Origin: Ministeria vibrans ATCC 50519 | Lineage: Eukaryota; Protista; Filasterea | DNA: 64,000 nt | Reading direction: 5' to 3' | NCBI GenBank assembly: GCA_943704425.1 | Contig: CALSCP010000774.1 | Coordinates: 62,001 to 126,000, forward strand | Shown here: in pieces, positions 44,172 through 59,700 of the stretch | Layout: each line of letters starts with the position of its first letter | How positions within the stretch are numbered: the first letter of the stretch is position 1 | Program-made: the position numbers and the translations under genes | Notes under the pieces: generated by a model | What the model was told of the DNA's origin: nothing | Databases searched by the model: none | Seen by the model: the letters and a program-made list of their open reading frames with translations, nothing else

Positions 44172-44475
44172 CCCACTGTACCTTACTATCCCAATACATA
44201 AGGAACCCTGCTCAATACGCTCTTGTCTTTTGTGTGATGGATCCAATGTAGTGTGCTTTATCGCCAATGGTACCCACTGTACCTTACTATCCCAATACAT
44301 AAGGAACCCTGCTCAATACGCTCTTGTCTTTTGTGTGATGGATCCAATGTAGTGTGCTTTATCGCCAATGGTACCCACTGTACCTTACTATCCCAATACA
44401 TAAGGAACCCTGCTCAATACGCTCTTGTCTTTTGTGTGATGGATCCAATGTAGTGTGCTTTATCGCCAATGGTAC
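44172..44475. repeat. Perfect tandem repeat, 3 x 101 bp
   Basis: Unit cccactgtaccttactatccc...atcgccaatggta starts at 44172, 44273 and 44374. Confidence 0.95.
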
Positions 44476-44643
44476 AGTTGCTCTCTCTCTTTCTCTGTCT
44501 CTCTCGCTCTTTGTCGATCTATCTACCCCTCTCTCTCTGTTTGTCGATCTATCTACCTCTGTCTGTCTCTCTCTCTCTGTTTTTCTCCGTCTCTGTCTCT
44601 CTCTTTCTCTCCGTCTCTCTCTTTCTCTCTCGTCTGTTTGGGT

Positions 44644-45849
44644 TCACCAATAGAGTGTCTTTGAAATGTACGAGCCAATTGAGCCGAACCAGCCGCCCTC
44701 ATCCTGGGACGCTGCCTTGGTGCGTGCGAGGGCGTGCTTACTGACGGTCGGCCCATCGTGCGCCTCCTCCTCGGGCAGATACCCTCCACTCGACGTCCCC
44801 TCCTGTCCCTCCGTCTCCTTCTCTTTGCTTCCGCTGCCTTTGCTGCTTCCAATCTTACTGCCGAGCACATCCACCAGAATTTCTTCCCCCTTGTCGTTCT
44901 TGATCACCTGTAATGGGTGTTTGGTTTGAGTTAAAATAAGAATTGTGTTCGTCTCTCATACGTGTTTGGGGACAAAAGTGCTCGATGCACTCGAAATGGC
45001 TCGGCAGATGCGGTCCACAAGCAGATCTGTACGACAACGGACAAACACGCGCGCCGGTGCTCGATGCGTATCAAAAGTGAACCTGGAAAAAAAGAGTTGC
45101 TGATTAATTGTGTGTGTGTGTGTGTGAGTGTGTGTTTACGAGATGACTCCTTTGAGGCGCAGCAGACTCTCTTCGACCTTGCGCTTGTTGGCCTTGCCGC
45201 TGAGCCCTTCAACCGAGAGGGTTACTGTGCGCGCACGCTTGGACCCTGCGCCCAAGTAGAAGCTGGGAGAGCCCGGCTCGACTCGCTCGTTGGACTCCTT
45301 GTGGCTGTTTTCGTTGGCGCGCATCTGCTGCTGGCGCTTTGAACGACGTCGCTGCTGCTTCGCCTCCTCCAGGATGTCTGTGATCTTTGATGCAAGTGTC
45401 ATGGCCGCCTCGCTCGAGGGCACCTCGCGGCTGGTGAGCGCTGCGAGACTCGGCATCAATCCCATTTCCTTTGCCATGACGACACGGTTTTCCTCGCAAC
45501 TCGCAAGATATTCGAGCGCTTCGAGCGCTGTCTCAATCACGCTCGCATTGCTGTTGTCCAGAAACAGCACAAGACCTGGCAAGCATCCCTAATCACCAGC
45601 AGAGGAGAGAAAGAAAGAAAGAGAGAAAGAGAGAAAGAGAGAGAGAGTAAGAAACAAAAACATTTTTTTTTCGTTTGTTTGCCCATTGCTTATATCGCCA
45701 ATGCGAGAGGGCCAATCGCCCCACTTCAAGCTGGATGCCATCCCACGTGCTGTGTTAAAGCACATTACCTTGTCGTGGACGATCGTAACGCGGTTGGCGG
45801 GGTCTGCTGCGAGCTGGCGCAAATTTTGGACAATTTGAAGTGTTTCCAT
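44644..45849 (-). CDS. ARMC1: Armadillo repeat-containing protein 1
   Basis: LRQLAADPANRVTIVHDK|GCLPGLVLFLD...ALEYLA, HMA-like RARTVTLSVEGL...LKGVIS|FTF, C-terminus GGWFGSIGSYISKTLYW* (human ends ...FLSRSFYW). Confidence 0.93.
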
Positions 45850-46233
45850 TGTGAAAATAGAGAAGCTGCAGCATTGGTGCGTCACGGAATCACATGAANN
45901 NNNNNNNNGGGGGGGGGGGGGGGGAGTGGGGGATGCGACGCAATCTGGTGGAAAGGTAGACAGTACTGTTACGAAAGACGAGGGTGATGAAAGTCGAAAT
46001 AAATTGAAAGTGGACTTTTAAAACTTTTGAGTTGTTTTTTTTTTTTTTTTTCACTTTTGATCGTTTTGAAATCTTTAATCTTTTTCTTTCGCGTTCGCTT
46101 TTCTTTTGAACACTTGTTGTATCATCAAACGCACACACCCTCCCATCCACACACACACACACGCACACCATCTGGTATAATCGCAACCACGTCGACAAAG
46201 ACTCCCCCGTTTTCGACTCGCAACAGCAACGAG

Positions 46234-47823
46234 ATGAGCAGCAGCAAACTCAGCAAAGGTCTGACGTCGTCGCAGTACCGTCGTCGTGCCATCCCCAGCC
46301 TCCCTGTGCGGGTCCTGCGCGCCGCACATGAAATCATCTACACATTGATGGTACGACCATACGTGCAGCCGTGAACAGAGAACAAGAAAGAAAGAGAGAG
46401 AGAGAGAGAGTGAGAGACAAAGAGATGGAGAGAAACATCTTTTTTATTTTTCAATGTTTGCGCGTGTTGAAATATCACACTGGCAGACGCTTTTGCACGA
46501 CCAAGACCAGGCCAAGTACTCACTGTATGTCTTTTAAATGCCATCGTTGCAGCCGTCGGTGTATGCGCCGTCGTATCGACGAACGCGCGCGTCGAGAAAT
46601 CTCGTCAGACGTCTTGCCAAACTTTTCCCTATCAACGGTGTCATCGGAGTTCGCTACAACGTCCCACGGTCTCTTCTCGAGGCACTCGACGACGATGATG
46701 ATTTGGGTGTCTTTGAAAGTCGCCGGCAGCCAGGTATGCGCTGGAAATGGCATTTCTGTTTTTTTTTTTTTTTGCACTATTATATTGCTCACAATATATT
46801 ATTTGTCCTATATTTTTTGTAGGTCGTGGTGTTGTTGCTCGAATTGGGAGTCACAGCTATGAGGAAAGATCCAAACCAACAGGAAGGAAAGTGTGGAGAA
46901 CGCTTCCGGGAGTGCATCAGGATGAGCACAACGAGTCGGAAAACGACGACGACGACGACGACGACGAAGGTAGAGTGTATCGCGCGTGTGTGGCGTACAG
47001 CGACTCCGATGACAGTGACGGCGGCGAGTACGACTCTGAAGAAGATGATGAGAATGATGACGATGCCGAGTACGACTCGTACGACGAAGACGACGAGGCG
47101 GAGCCGTCGGTCGCTGCCACCCCCGCCAAGACTGGCGCTGGCTCTAAGAAAATCTCTGCACTCGAAATGGAACTGGCTAAATTGCGCGACCAAATTGCAG
47201 TCATTGTGTCAACGCAACAAGAACAGCAACAAATTCAGCAACAAATGCAGCAAGGACCACCACCACCGCCAGCGGCATTTGCGCCATCACCGTGCGGTGG
47301 GGACGCCGACGCCGACGCCAACGCCATGGCCGGAGGTCCGCCACCGCCACCGCCGCCCCCACCCTCCATGGAGTCGCTTATGCCCAAAGAGAGCAATGTA
47401 TGGGAGACCATCCGAGCCAATGTTGCCAAGGGCACTGGCCGCGCCAAGCTTGAAGATGCCAAGAAGCAAAGCGGAATGCCTAACATGAAGGATGTAAGAA
47501 CATGGAAGTAATGTCGACGGTTCAGCCAAGTGTCTGACGCATTGTTTGCTCTCTAGATTTTGAAGGGCATGGGTAGTGTGAAGTTGCGCTCCGTCGAGCG
47601 GTCACCAGGAGGGACACCCATCCGACGCAAGCCCGCAGCGGCCGAAAACCCTAGCGCCGCAGACATCATTGCCAATGCGCTCAAGCGCAAGTTTGCCCAG
47701 CAACGCATGGCGCGCGGCAGTCGTGAAAATTCTCGCGCAAACACTCCATCACGTAGCAGTGCTTCCAAATCCTTTATCGACGAGCCCTCCGACGAAAACG
47801 CCTCTGCACCCCTCAATGCGTAA
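46234..47823 (+). CDS. MTFR1: Mitochondrial fission regulator (MTFR1/MTFR2/FAM54 family)
   Basis: ASRNLVRRLA, KKISALEMELAKLRDQIAVIV, polyproline run, MPNMKD|ILKGMGSVKLRSVERSP, AADIIANALKRKFA, all collinear with MTFR1/2 conserved blocks. First exon less certain. Confidence 0.87.
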
Positions 47824-48046
47824 AGGGAACTTCAATCAATCAATCAATACAATTATTTTTCACGGATGATACTATCATTATTCATGTAATTCTTTAATGA
47901 TCATTATTCATTCCCCAACCCTCCGACCACAATATAATCAATCGATGCAGTTATTTTCACCGATAATACTATCATTGTTAATATAATAAGTCAAATAATC
48001 TGTTTGTCCTCTGACAAGTGACAACAATTTATTAAACAATATTTTT

Positions 48047-49670
48047 ATGTCTATGTATCGATTGCTTGTGCTCTTTGTCGGCTACCTGGCTTTTGCACAA
48101 GCCTACATTGTCCCATTTGAGCTACACGATGAGATCATGGGTAGGATTCTCACTCACTCGAAAAACCACTCTGAAACGATCGTTGTCAGGATGCGCTCGC
48201 TTACGGGGCGGCGATGCGCGCATTGCCTATGGCCGAGTACTGGGACAGTACGAAGAGAGCCTTGATGGGACCGACGAGGACGTGATCGAGGCAGTGCGGG
48301 TCTCGCTGGAGTGGATTCACGATCAGACGTGTCCGGTCGACGATCAGCTGCCGCGCGTTGTGCGCGCCTGCAAGTTATTACTACGCTCCACTCGGAACCA
48401 CGACACCCACGAGGTGTACGAGTGGAACGACCGCAAAGGAAGTGGCGCGGTCGTCCGTCATCGTCGCGCGGTCGTCCTCGGAAAAACTTTGTACATCACC
48501 TTTGCAGTCGACTCGCCAGTCCACACGGTGTACCACCGCGTCGTGGTGTCGCAGGGCCGCGCTCGCGATTGGAACCTGTTTCAGCATGTTTCATGTGTCC
48601 ATTGTGAAGAGACAGACGGTGCAGTGGGCGTCAGCTTGCTCACCACAGGCGCCTGTCGTGTGCCACCATCCTCCTATGTCCATCCTCTGTCTTCTTCTTC
48701 TTCTTCTGTGCCGCCTCTCTTTCCGCTTCCCTCACCCCGAGCAGCGGCCGCGTCACACTCGCTTCGTGTGCTCACGTACAACATTTGGAATTTCAACGAG
48801 TGGCCAGTCTACGACCATCGTCTGACTCTGCTGGGCCAAATACTGCGCGAAGCTGACGCCGACATTGTCGCCTTCCAAGAGATGCGATACGACTATGCAC
48901 GCGCACGACACGGACGCAACCAAGCAGAGCATATGGCACGTCTATTGCCCGGCTACCAATTTGTCTTTCAGCCGGCCATGTCGTACACCGAGCGCACGTT
49001 TGGTCGTGTCGAGGAAGGCACGGCCATCTTCAGTCGGCTGCCAATCATCGAGCACGACTACGTGCTGCTCTCACGCGACCATGCTAACCATCACGACGAC
49101 CACCAGCGCACCTGTCTTCGTGTTGCCGTGGCCGTGCCCTCCTTGGGCCCCGTGCACGTGTACGTGTCGCACTTTGCGCACGTCGAAGCTGCGCAGCGTC
49201 GTGCCGTTCTCGAAATCGATGCATTTATACGGGCCACTCACAATGGCGCTCCCGCCATATTCGTTGGTGACCTCAACGCCACGCCCGACGCACCCGCTAT
49301 GGAGTTTTTGCGCGGCATCCGCGACTTTGACGGCATTCACTCGCCCCTGCGCGACGCCTGGCTGCAGCTGCACCCCGAGCCCCGCGACGGCAGCCCGGCC
49401 AACTACGACGATGGCGACCCGGAGTCCGCGGACGACGACGCCCCGCGCGACCCAGGCCTCACGTTTGCCACCATCGACCGACACCTGCGCAAACGCATAG
49501 ATTTTGTCTACTACGACGACACACTCATTGAGGCGCGGCGCATTGCAACGGTGGGCGATGATGCCGACGCCAACGCACCCGTACACGCCAGCGATCACCG
49601 CGGCGTTCTCGTTGACTTTGTCCGGCGCACACCTCCTACTCCCTCCCCCGTACTACTAATGGATGGATGA
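48047..49670 (+). CDS. Secreted endonuclease/exonuclease/phosphatase (EEP) protein with cystatin-like N-terminal region
   Basis: Signal peptide, one intron (approx. 48141-48189), LRVLTYNIWN, DIVAFQE, FVGDLNA, RIDFV, ASDHRG. Confidence 0.88.
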
Positions 49671-49794
49671 TATTCAAGGGTTGGTTGTTTTATAGTTCTA
49701 GTTCTACATGTACAAATACGAAAGATGAAGAAGAAGAAAAAAATGAAAGAAAGAAGGGATGCAACACACAGATGTGCACCCACACACACACACA

Positions 49795-50145
49795 CTAAAC
49801 TTCGGTTTCGGCAATGAGTTCGCGCATCTGAAAGTTGCCCCAGTCAAACGGCAGCTCGTAGTCGTCGCGGGCCAACGACGGTAGGGCGGCCGCCGCGTAG
49901 TCGTCGTCGGCGCGTGTGTCGTCGTCGTGCTTGCGGCGGCGCGCGCGGTGCAGCAGGTTGGGTACGGACGACTCCATTGTGGCCTTCATGGCATTGCGCG
50001 TGTGATTGATCGACCCACTGGCAAAATCCTTTTGCGTATCCACCCGCAGTTTGGCCTGGTTTGGAAAGGGTCGTTTGCGTCGCAGCACAAAGTACGTCAG
50101 GAGCAAAAAGATGAACTGAAAAGAGGGAGATAGAAAAAAGAGAAA

Positions 50146-50237
<92 letters not shown>

Positions 50238-52363
50238 TAGTGATGAGAGACTCAAACTGTAAGTGTGAGCAGGCCGCATACGGATTCAAGGACAAGCAGA
50301 CAGAGCCAGAGAGCAATTCCCGGACCAGATTCAAATCCAAAAAACTCCAGCACTTCATCGCCATTCTCAAAGCAGTTACTCTACGACAGAAAAAAGAGGC
50401 GATGAGTAAGTAGTTGGAAACTTGAAGTGTGATGTGTGCGGAGTATGTTCTCACCTCGGTGGGTGAGCAGCCGGTGAGAGTTAGGCCAGTGAATTCGTTG
50501 AGAGTTAGCACACGGTAGGCATACGCATTCCAGTTGATGTAGTAAAACCACACAAAGTAGTCGGGAATGTGCTTGAGATTAATTAGCAATCCGCTCAACA
50601 GCACCTAAACCAGCACAACACCGTGAGTGTAACATTTCTCTCTCACTTTGTTTCGTTCCTTCTCTCTCTGTTTCAGCCTCTCTCCCTATCACTTCGTTTC
50701 TTTCTCCTCCCCCTTATCACTTTGTTTTCTTTCTCCCTCCCTCTTCTCTCTCTCTTTCTCTCACTCTCTGTTTGTGCAGTTCACCTGTAGCACAATGAGC
50801 ACTGCGCCAAGAGCCCCTGCAATCTCACGGCGCGACACCAGCGCACCAATCAAAAGACCCGCACAGGCGCCCCTATCACAAAAGAACAAGACATAGAGAG
50901 AACGACACATGAGAGATCATATAAACACGCAGAGTACAGGAGTAAGGGATAACGTACGTGTAGGAGACGGAGAGGAGGGTAAAAGTGAAGATGAGCCACT
51001 TGGTGAACACTGCCTGGAGACCCACCATCCAATAGACAACGCTGGAGAGCACAATGGTCGGGAGGATCTGTACAGGAAGATTCACCAGCACACGCGTCAG
51101 AAAGTACGGAAACACCTGGTACGTGCCGGCTGCACGCTCGCGTCGATACACCGCTAGATCAACACTATAAAAATAAAGAGACGAAGAAGTGAGTAGAGAG
51201 ATAGGGAATGGGGCGCGTAGAAAGAATAATTTGGCATACCTGAAGACACGCATTGCGGCAAAGACACTGGTGACACCCTCGTTAATGGTAAGCGAGAAGA
51301 GCAGTCCCTGACGGTCTCGCACGCCCGCCTGGTTGTTCTCCACCTGCAGGAAAACAAGGCCAATGAAGATGCCAAGTGTCGTGGCGCGAATGGTCTCCGA
51401 CACAATCATCGGGAGGTTGCGCCAGTAGTTCATGCGATGGAAGAGGAGCAGGTAGCGCATCTGCTGTAGAAGCGTTAAAGGACGAGCCGCTTCAAGCACA
51501 GAGCGATGGAGCGGCACGCGCGACCCTTGGCGCGACAGCGTGTCCATGTGAATGCTGTCATCGGCCGTCTCATTGTACCTCCCATCCTCCTCTTCTCCAA
51601 TCGGGTCGGCTTCGTGCAGCGTGTGCACCGCGTCCACCAGCTCCCGGCGCTCAGGTGACGACTGGAAATGCTTCAACAGACCCGCCACCCGCTTGACGCT
51701 CTCAGTGGACTGCTCGTCCGAGCGATGGTCAAACGACGACACGTCCAAAAAGAAGTCGGCGGGATTCGCGTCAATAGGGCACTGGTAGCCCAGACGCCCC
51801 ATGTAGTCGACACAAGCGTCCGCCCGTCCTACACACCCACAGACATGCGCAGTCTAGAATCAGAACTCCTGCATTTTTCGTGTCTTTTTTGTTAATATCA
51901 CTTGTGCGTTGTACCAAAGTAGACCATATCTCCATCGGCAAGGAGCAAGAGGCGATCAAACAGGTGAAAGACCTTGCTGCGAGGCTGATGAATTGTGGTC
52001 AGCACAACACGATTGTTGCTGGCGAGTGCGCGCAGCGTCTCCATCACGTTGGCCGCCGTGAACGAGTCCAGGCCGCTTGTAGGCTCATCAAGCAAAAGCA
52101 CGTCTGGGTCACCAATGAGTTCCACCGCAATCGACACACGCTTCTTTTGACCGCCCGAAATGCCGCGCCGTAAGTCGTTCCCAATGCGAGTGTCTGCACA
52201 GTCGACCAGCCCAAGTTCGGCAATCAGTGCGTCGACACGCGCCAGCTTTGTCTCTTCCGAGACACTTGATGGCAGTCGCATGCGCGCGGCAAAGGTCAGC
52301 GTCTCGCGAACCGTCAGAAAGGCCGCATGCGTGTCGTCCTACAGAAAGAAAGAAAGAAAGAAA

Positions 52364-52458
<95 letters not shown>

Positions 52459-52960
52459 TGTGTGTGTGTGTGTGTGATAGAGAGAGAGTGATATATAGAG
52501 AGAGACAAAGTGATAGAGAGAGAAACAAAAGTGACGCACAAAATGTGTCAGGGGCGTCAAGTCAGAGTGGGGGTTCTCTTTCACCTGCATCACATAGCCG
52601 CAGCGTCGCTTGAACTGCTTGGCAGTCAGAATGGTGTTGTTGACCATCACCTCCCCGGTGGTGCGGCCGTTACTCACGCGTCCCGCCAGGATATTCATCA
52701 GACTCGTCTAACCATCGCACATCACAACAGTTGCAATGCCATCAAAATATGATTCATAGGACGACATTTCGAACCTTTCCCGCACCCGACGCGCCCATGA
52801 TCGCAAGCACCTGGCCACTATCGACGTAGCCGTACATGGTGTTGAGGATGCGCTTCGTCTCGGCCTTCTTCTGGTCGATTTCATACGCGATGTCGCGCCA
52901 GAGGAATCGCGCCGCCCCTTGCGACTGCCGCGACATGGCGCTCATTTCGCGCTCCCCCAT
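49795..52960 (-). CDS. ABCG (White-like) half transporter
   Basis: GASGAGK|T, ISGGQKKRVSI, LLLDEPTSGLD, TIHQP, NPADFFLD, then TM domain. Start codon approximate. Confidence 0.93.
50150..50232. repeat. (GA)n microsatellite (intronic)
   Basis: Directly visible. Comparable tracts near 1125-1159, 10350-10670, 34113-34170, 52366-52455, 53785-53935 and 55550-55646; (CA/GT)n near 34800-34890 and 40994-41067. Confidence 0.95.
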
Positions 52961-53230
52961 GTTTGATCTGACAGCGGGGCAATATCCACTCACGCAACTA
53001 AACGAAATGAATCTCGCTGCAGAGTCTTATTTGCTATCTGAAATCTTATCTCATCCAGTTTGTATTGTAAGATCGCCCACGTGAAAGATAAGAAGTTCAA
53101 AACACAATCTGAATTTCCGAAATCGGATTTTGCATTGACTCACATCAAATCAGCCTTTCACGCCTGCCTTTTCGGTGCACTGGTTTAGAGTGTGACTGCT
53201 TGAACCGCGTATAGAGTGTTGACAAAAACC

Positions 53231-56543
<3,313 letters not shown>

Positions 56544-56761
56544 TCGACTCTCTTCATCTCTTTCCTCTTGTTGTACTCTGTGATTGCATTGTCGTTGACA
56601 ATAAAAATAATAATAATAATTATTATTAATATTATAACAATAATAATTCAAAGGGAGAGTGCGAAAAAGTAATGCAACATTCTCCTTCTAACAAAGGCGT
56701 GGTATTGAAAGTGATGATAAAAGTTCTATTATTTTATTTTAGCTTGGTACAATATTATAAA

Positions 56762-59700
56762 CTAAGCTGGATTTTCGGCTTGCAGTTTTTGTATCTGGCG
56801 CGGCGAGTACTTGAGCTTCTTGGACGAGTCATCCTCAACAGTGACAGGTGCGTACCGAGAGTTCTCTTCATCACGCACAATATCCGGACCCTCACTGGTG
56901 ATACTCGTGTGCGCGCGACCTGTTGGTACCGAGCCGTAACTGGAGTTTTGTAGCGAGACTGACACACCCGTATTGCGATAGAAAATGTTGTCGTGCTCCA
57001 CCCCCTCGGCAGCCATAGGCGCATAGACGCCAGCTTCGCGTGAGAGAAACGCACCGTTCTCACTGTAGGCTATACTTTCATGTTGTGATCCAGTAGCGCT
57101 CGAGTACGCACCACTCTCATGGTGCACTCCGGGTGTGCTTGAGTACGTCTGAGAACTCCGCTCGGTGTCTTCGGGCACCGTGTCATACAGCAAAGACTCT
57201 TCCGTTCGCGTGGCGCCGTTACGCGACGGCGGTAGTCGCGGAGGCGCACCAAAGTCCGACTCGATGCGCGCAAGCGCAACAGGCGGTGGAGACGAGTCGT
57301 TGGCGGGCACGTAGGCAGTCGAGTCAAGCGTGGAAAAGCTCGCAGTGGACGCTACGCCATTGTCACCAGACACATAGGCATTAGACTCAGCTGTCGCCGA
57401 CAGGTCAGATGATGGTAGGCCAGTATAGGCGCCACTCTCGACGCCCAGGCGGATCTCCCCGGTGCCCTCGTAGCCAGCGTTAGCAACGTCAAATGGCCTG
57501 GGTGCGTCTTCGTACGCATTCGAGATGCGACCGCGCTCCATCATCTCAAAGGTACCCGGGTCTTCCAGCAGCGTGGACGAGCTCGCACCAAGCAGTTGTT
57601 TCATCGCGTCCTTGGAAAGCGAACCACTCGACGACAAACTTGCAACGTGATACTGCTTTGAACGGCTCTCCAGACGTACCTGTCGACGACGACGCACCAC
57701 AAGGAAGAGGAGAACGAGAAGTAACACAATGCAGAGGGCAGCAATGACAACAATGAGCATAGGCGACGACTCGTCGGCAGGCACATCCGAACCGCCGACA
57801 ACGTTGAAGTCGTCGCAATGGGTGCCGTAGTAGGGAGACACGCAGACGCACACGTACGAGTTGGTTCCGTCTCGACAGGTGCCACCGTTCAGGCAAGGGC
57901 TACTTGCGCACTCGTTAACGTTGGTTTCGCATTGCGCGCCCACGTGGCTTGTCGGACAGGCACAAGCAAAGTCACCGCCGGAGGTCGTCATGCACGATCC
58001 ACGGTTGAGACACGGACTGCTGGCGCACGGTCCAGACGTGCTGTCGCCACAGGCAGGCCCCGTAAACTCCGCCGTGCAGTTGCAGGTGACGCTGCCCACG
58101 AAAGCTGTCGGCTCACACACACCGCCGTTTTGACACGGGTTCGTACTGCAGTTGCCCAGCACCGTTTCACAGCGACCTCCACTGAACAGCGAATCACACA
58201 CACACTCGACAGCTCCCGTGTTGGCCACCGCCCGACATTGCGCAGAGGAGGAACACGGCGAAGGATTGCACGTCCCCACAATCAGCGAGCACTTTACGCC
58301 GGTCGCGCCGGTCGGGCAGGCACACGTATAGGTGCCAACACCCCCAAGACACACACCGCCATTGGCACACGGTGATGAAGCGCACAAGTCAATGACATCA
58401 TCGCAAGTGGCTCCCGCAAAGCCAGTCGCACACGTGCACGAAACGGCACCGGACACCTCGGCGCACGTCCCACGATTGCTACACGGGCTACTAGAGCACA
58501 CTCCCGTCGTCGACTGGCCACAGTCGGCGCCAGTGAAGCCCGCCGGACACACACACACCAGACCCCCCGCTACCCCCAAGTCCTGACAATTTCCACCATT
58601 CGCGCACGCATTGGCCGCATCCGCCAAGGTACAGTTTTTCGCCACAATTTTGCTGCAGTCGGCTCCCGTAAAGCCCGCATCGCAGACACACCGCACCGTG
58701 GTACCCATCGCGACGCACAAACCGGTGCTTGCACACGTATTGGAAACACAGTCACCGATATGCTCATTGCACAAGTCACCCGTATGGCCCGCAGGGCACG
58801 AGCATGTAAAGCCCGCTGTGCCGTCGACGCAGGTGCTACCCAGAGCACAAGGCGAGCTGGCACACTCGTCGACACGTTGCTCGCACAGTGCGCCTGCGTC
58901 CCCAGGTAAACAGCGACATTCGAAGCCGCCACCTGTAAGAAGGACACAGCTACCTTGAGCCTGGCAAGGGTTGCTCGCACACTCATCGGTGACAATGTGT
59001 GAGCAAGTGAGTCCAGTCGTGCCAGCGGGACACGTGCAATTGACGGTGTCTGCATTGAGCGGGACACACGTAGCGCCACTGTCGCACGGATCGGCGTCGC
59101 ACGTGCCCGAGACCACATCGCATAGGGTGCCTGTCACGCCTTGGATACATTCGCAGGTGTACGTACCGCTGCTTGAGTCTTCGCGGCAGAACGACACTCC
59201 ATCCTGACACTGGTTGGTCGGCTGACACGAACCCACCAGAGTGGCACAGGTGGCACCCGTGAAACCCGATGGACAGATACAAGAAAAGGAGTTCGACGTC
59301 GGCTGTGTACATGTTCCGCCGTTCGCGCATGGCGTGGTTGCACACTCATCAATGTCACTCTCACAGACGCGACCAGTGAAGCCCAGTGGACAAGCGCACA
59401 GGTAGGTCGATGAAGACAAGCTCGTGCACGATCCACGATTAAGACATGGCGCGGAAGCACAGCCGCCCGACGTTGTGTCCTCGCATGAGGGACCGGTGAA
59501 TCCGGAAGGACACGCGCACTCCACCACATTTAGACCGACATCCAGGCAGGTTCCGCCATTGGCGCAAGGCGCAAGCGAGCCACATGAACCCACAACCTCG
59601 TCACAAATAGCGCCAGTGAAACCCGGGTCGCAAACGCAAACAACACCGTTGGTGCTGGCGCGACATTCACCTCCGTTCGAACAAGGATCACTTCCAGGCG

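Noticed and set aside
44172-44475. Possible CRISPR array
   Set aside because: Units are fully identical with no unique spacers, there are no cas genes, and the context is eukaryotic.
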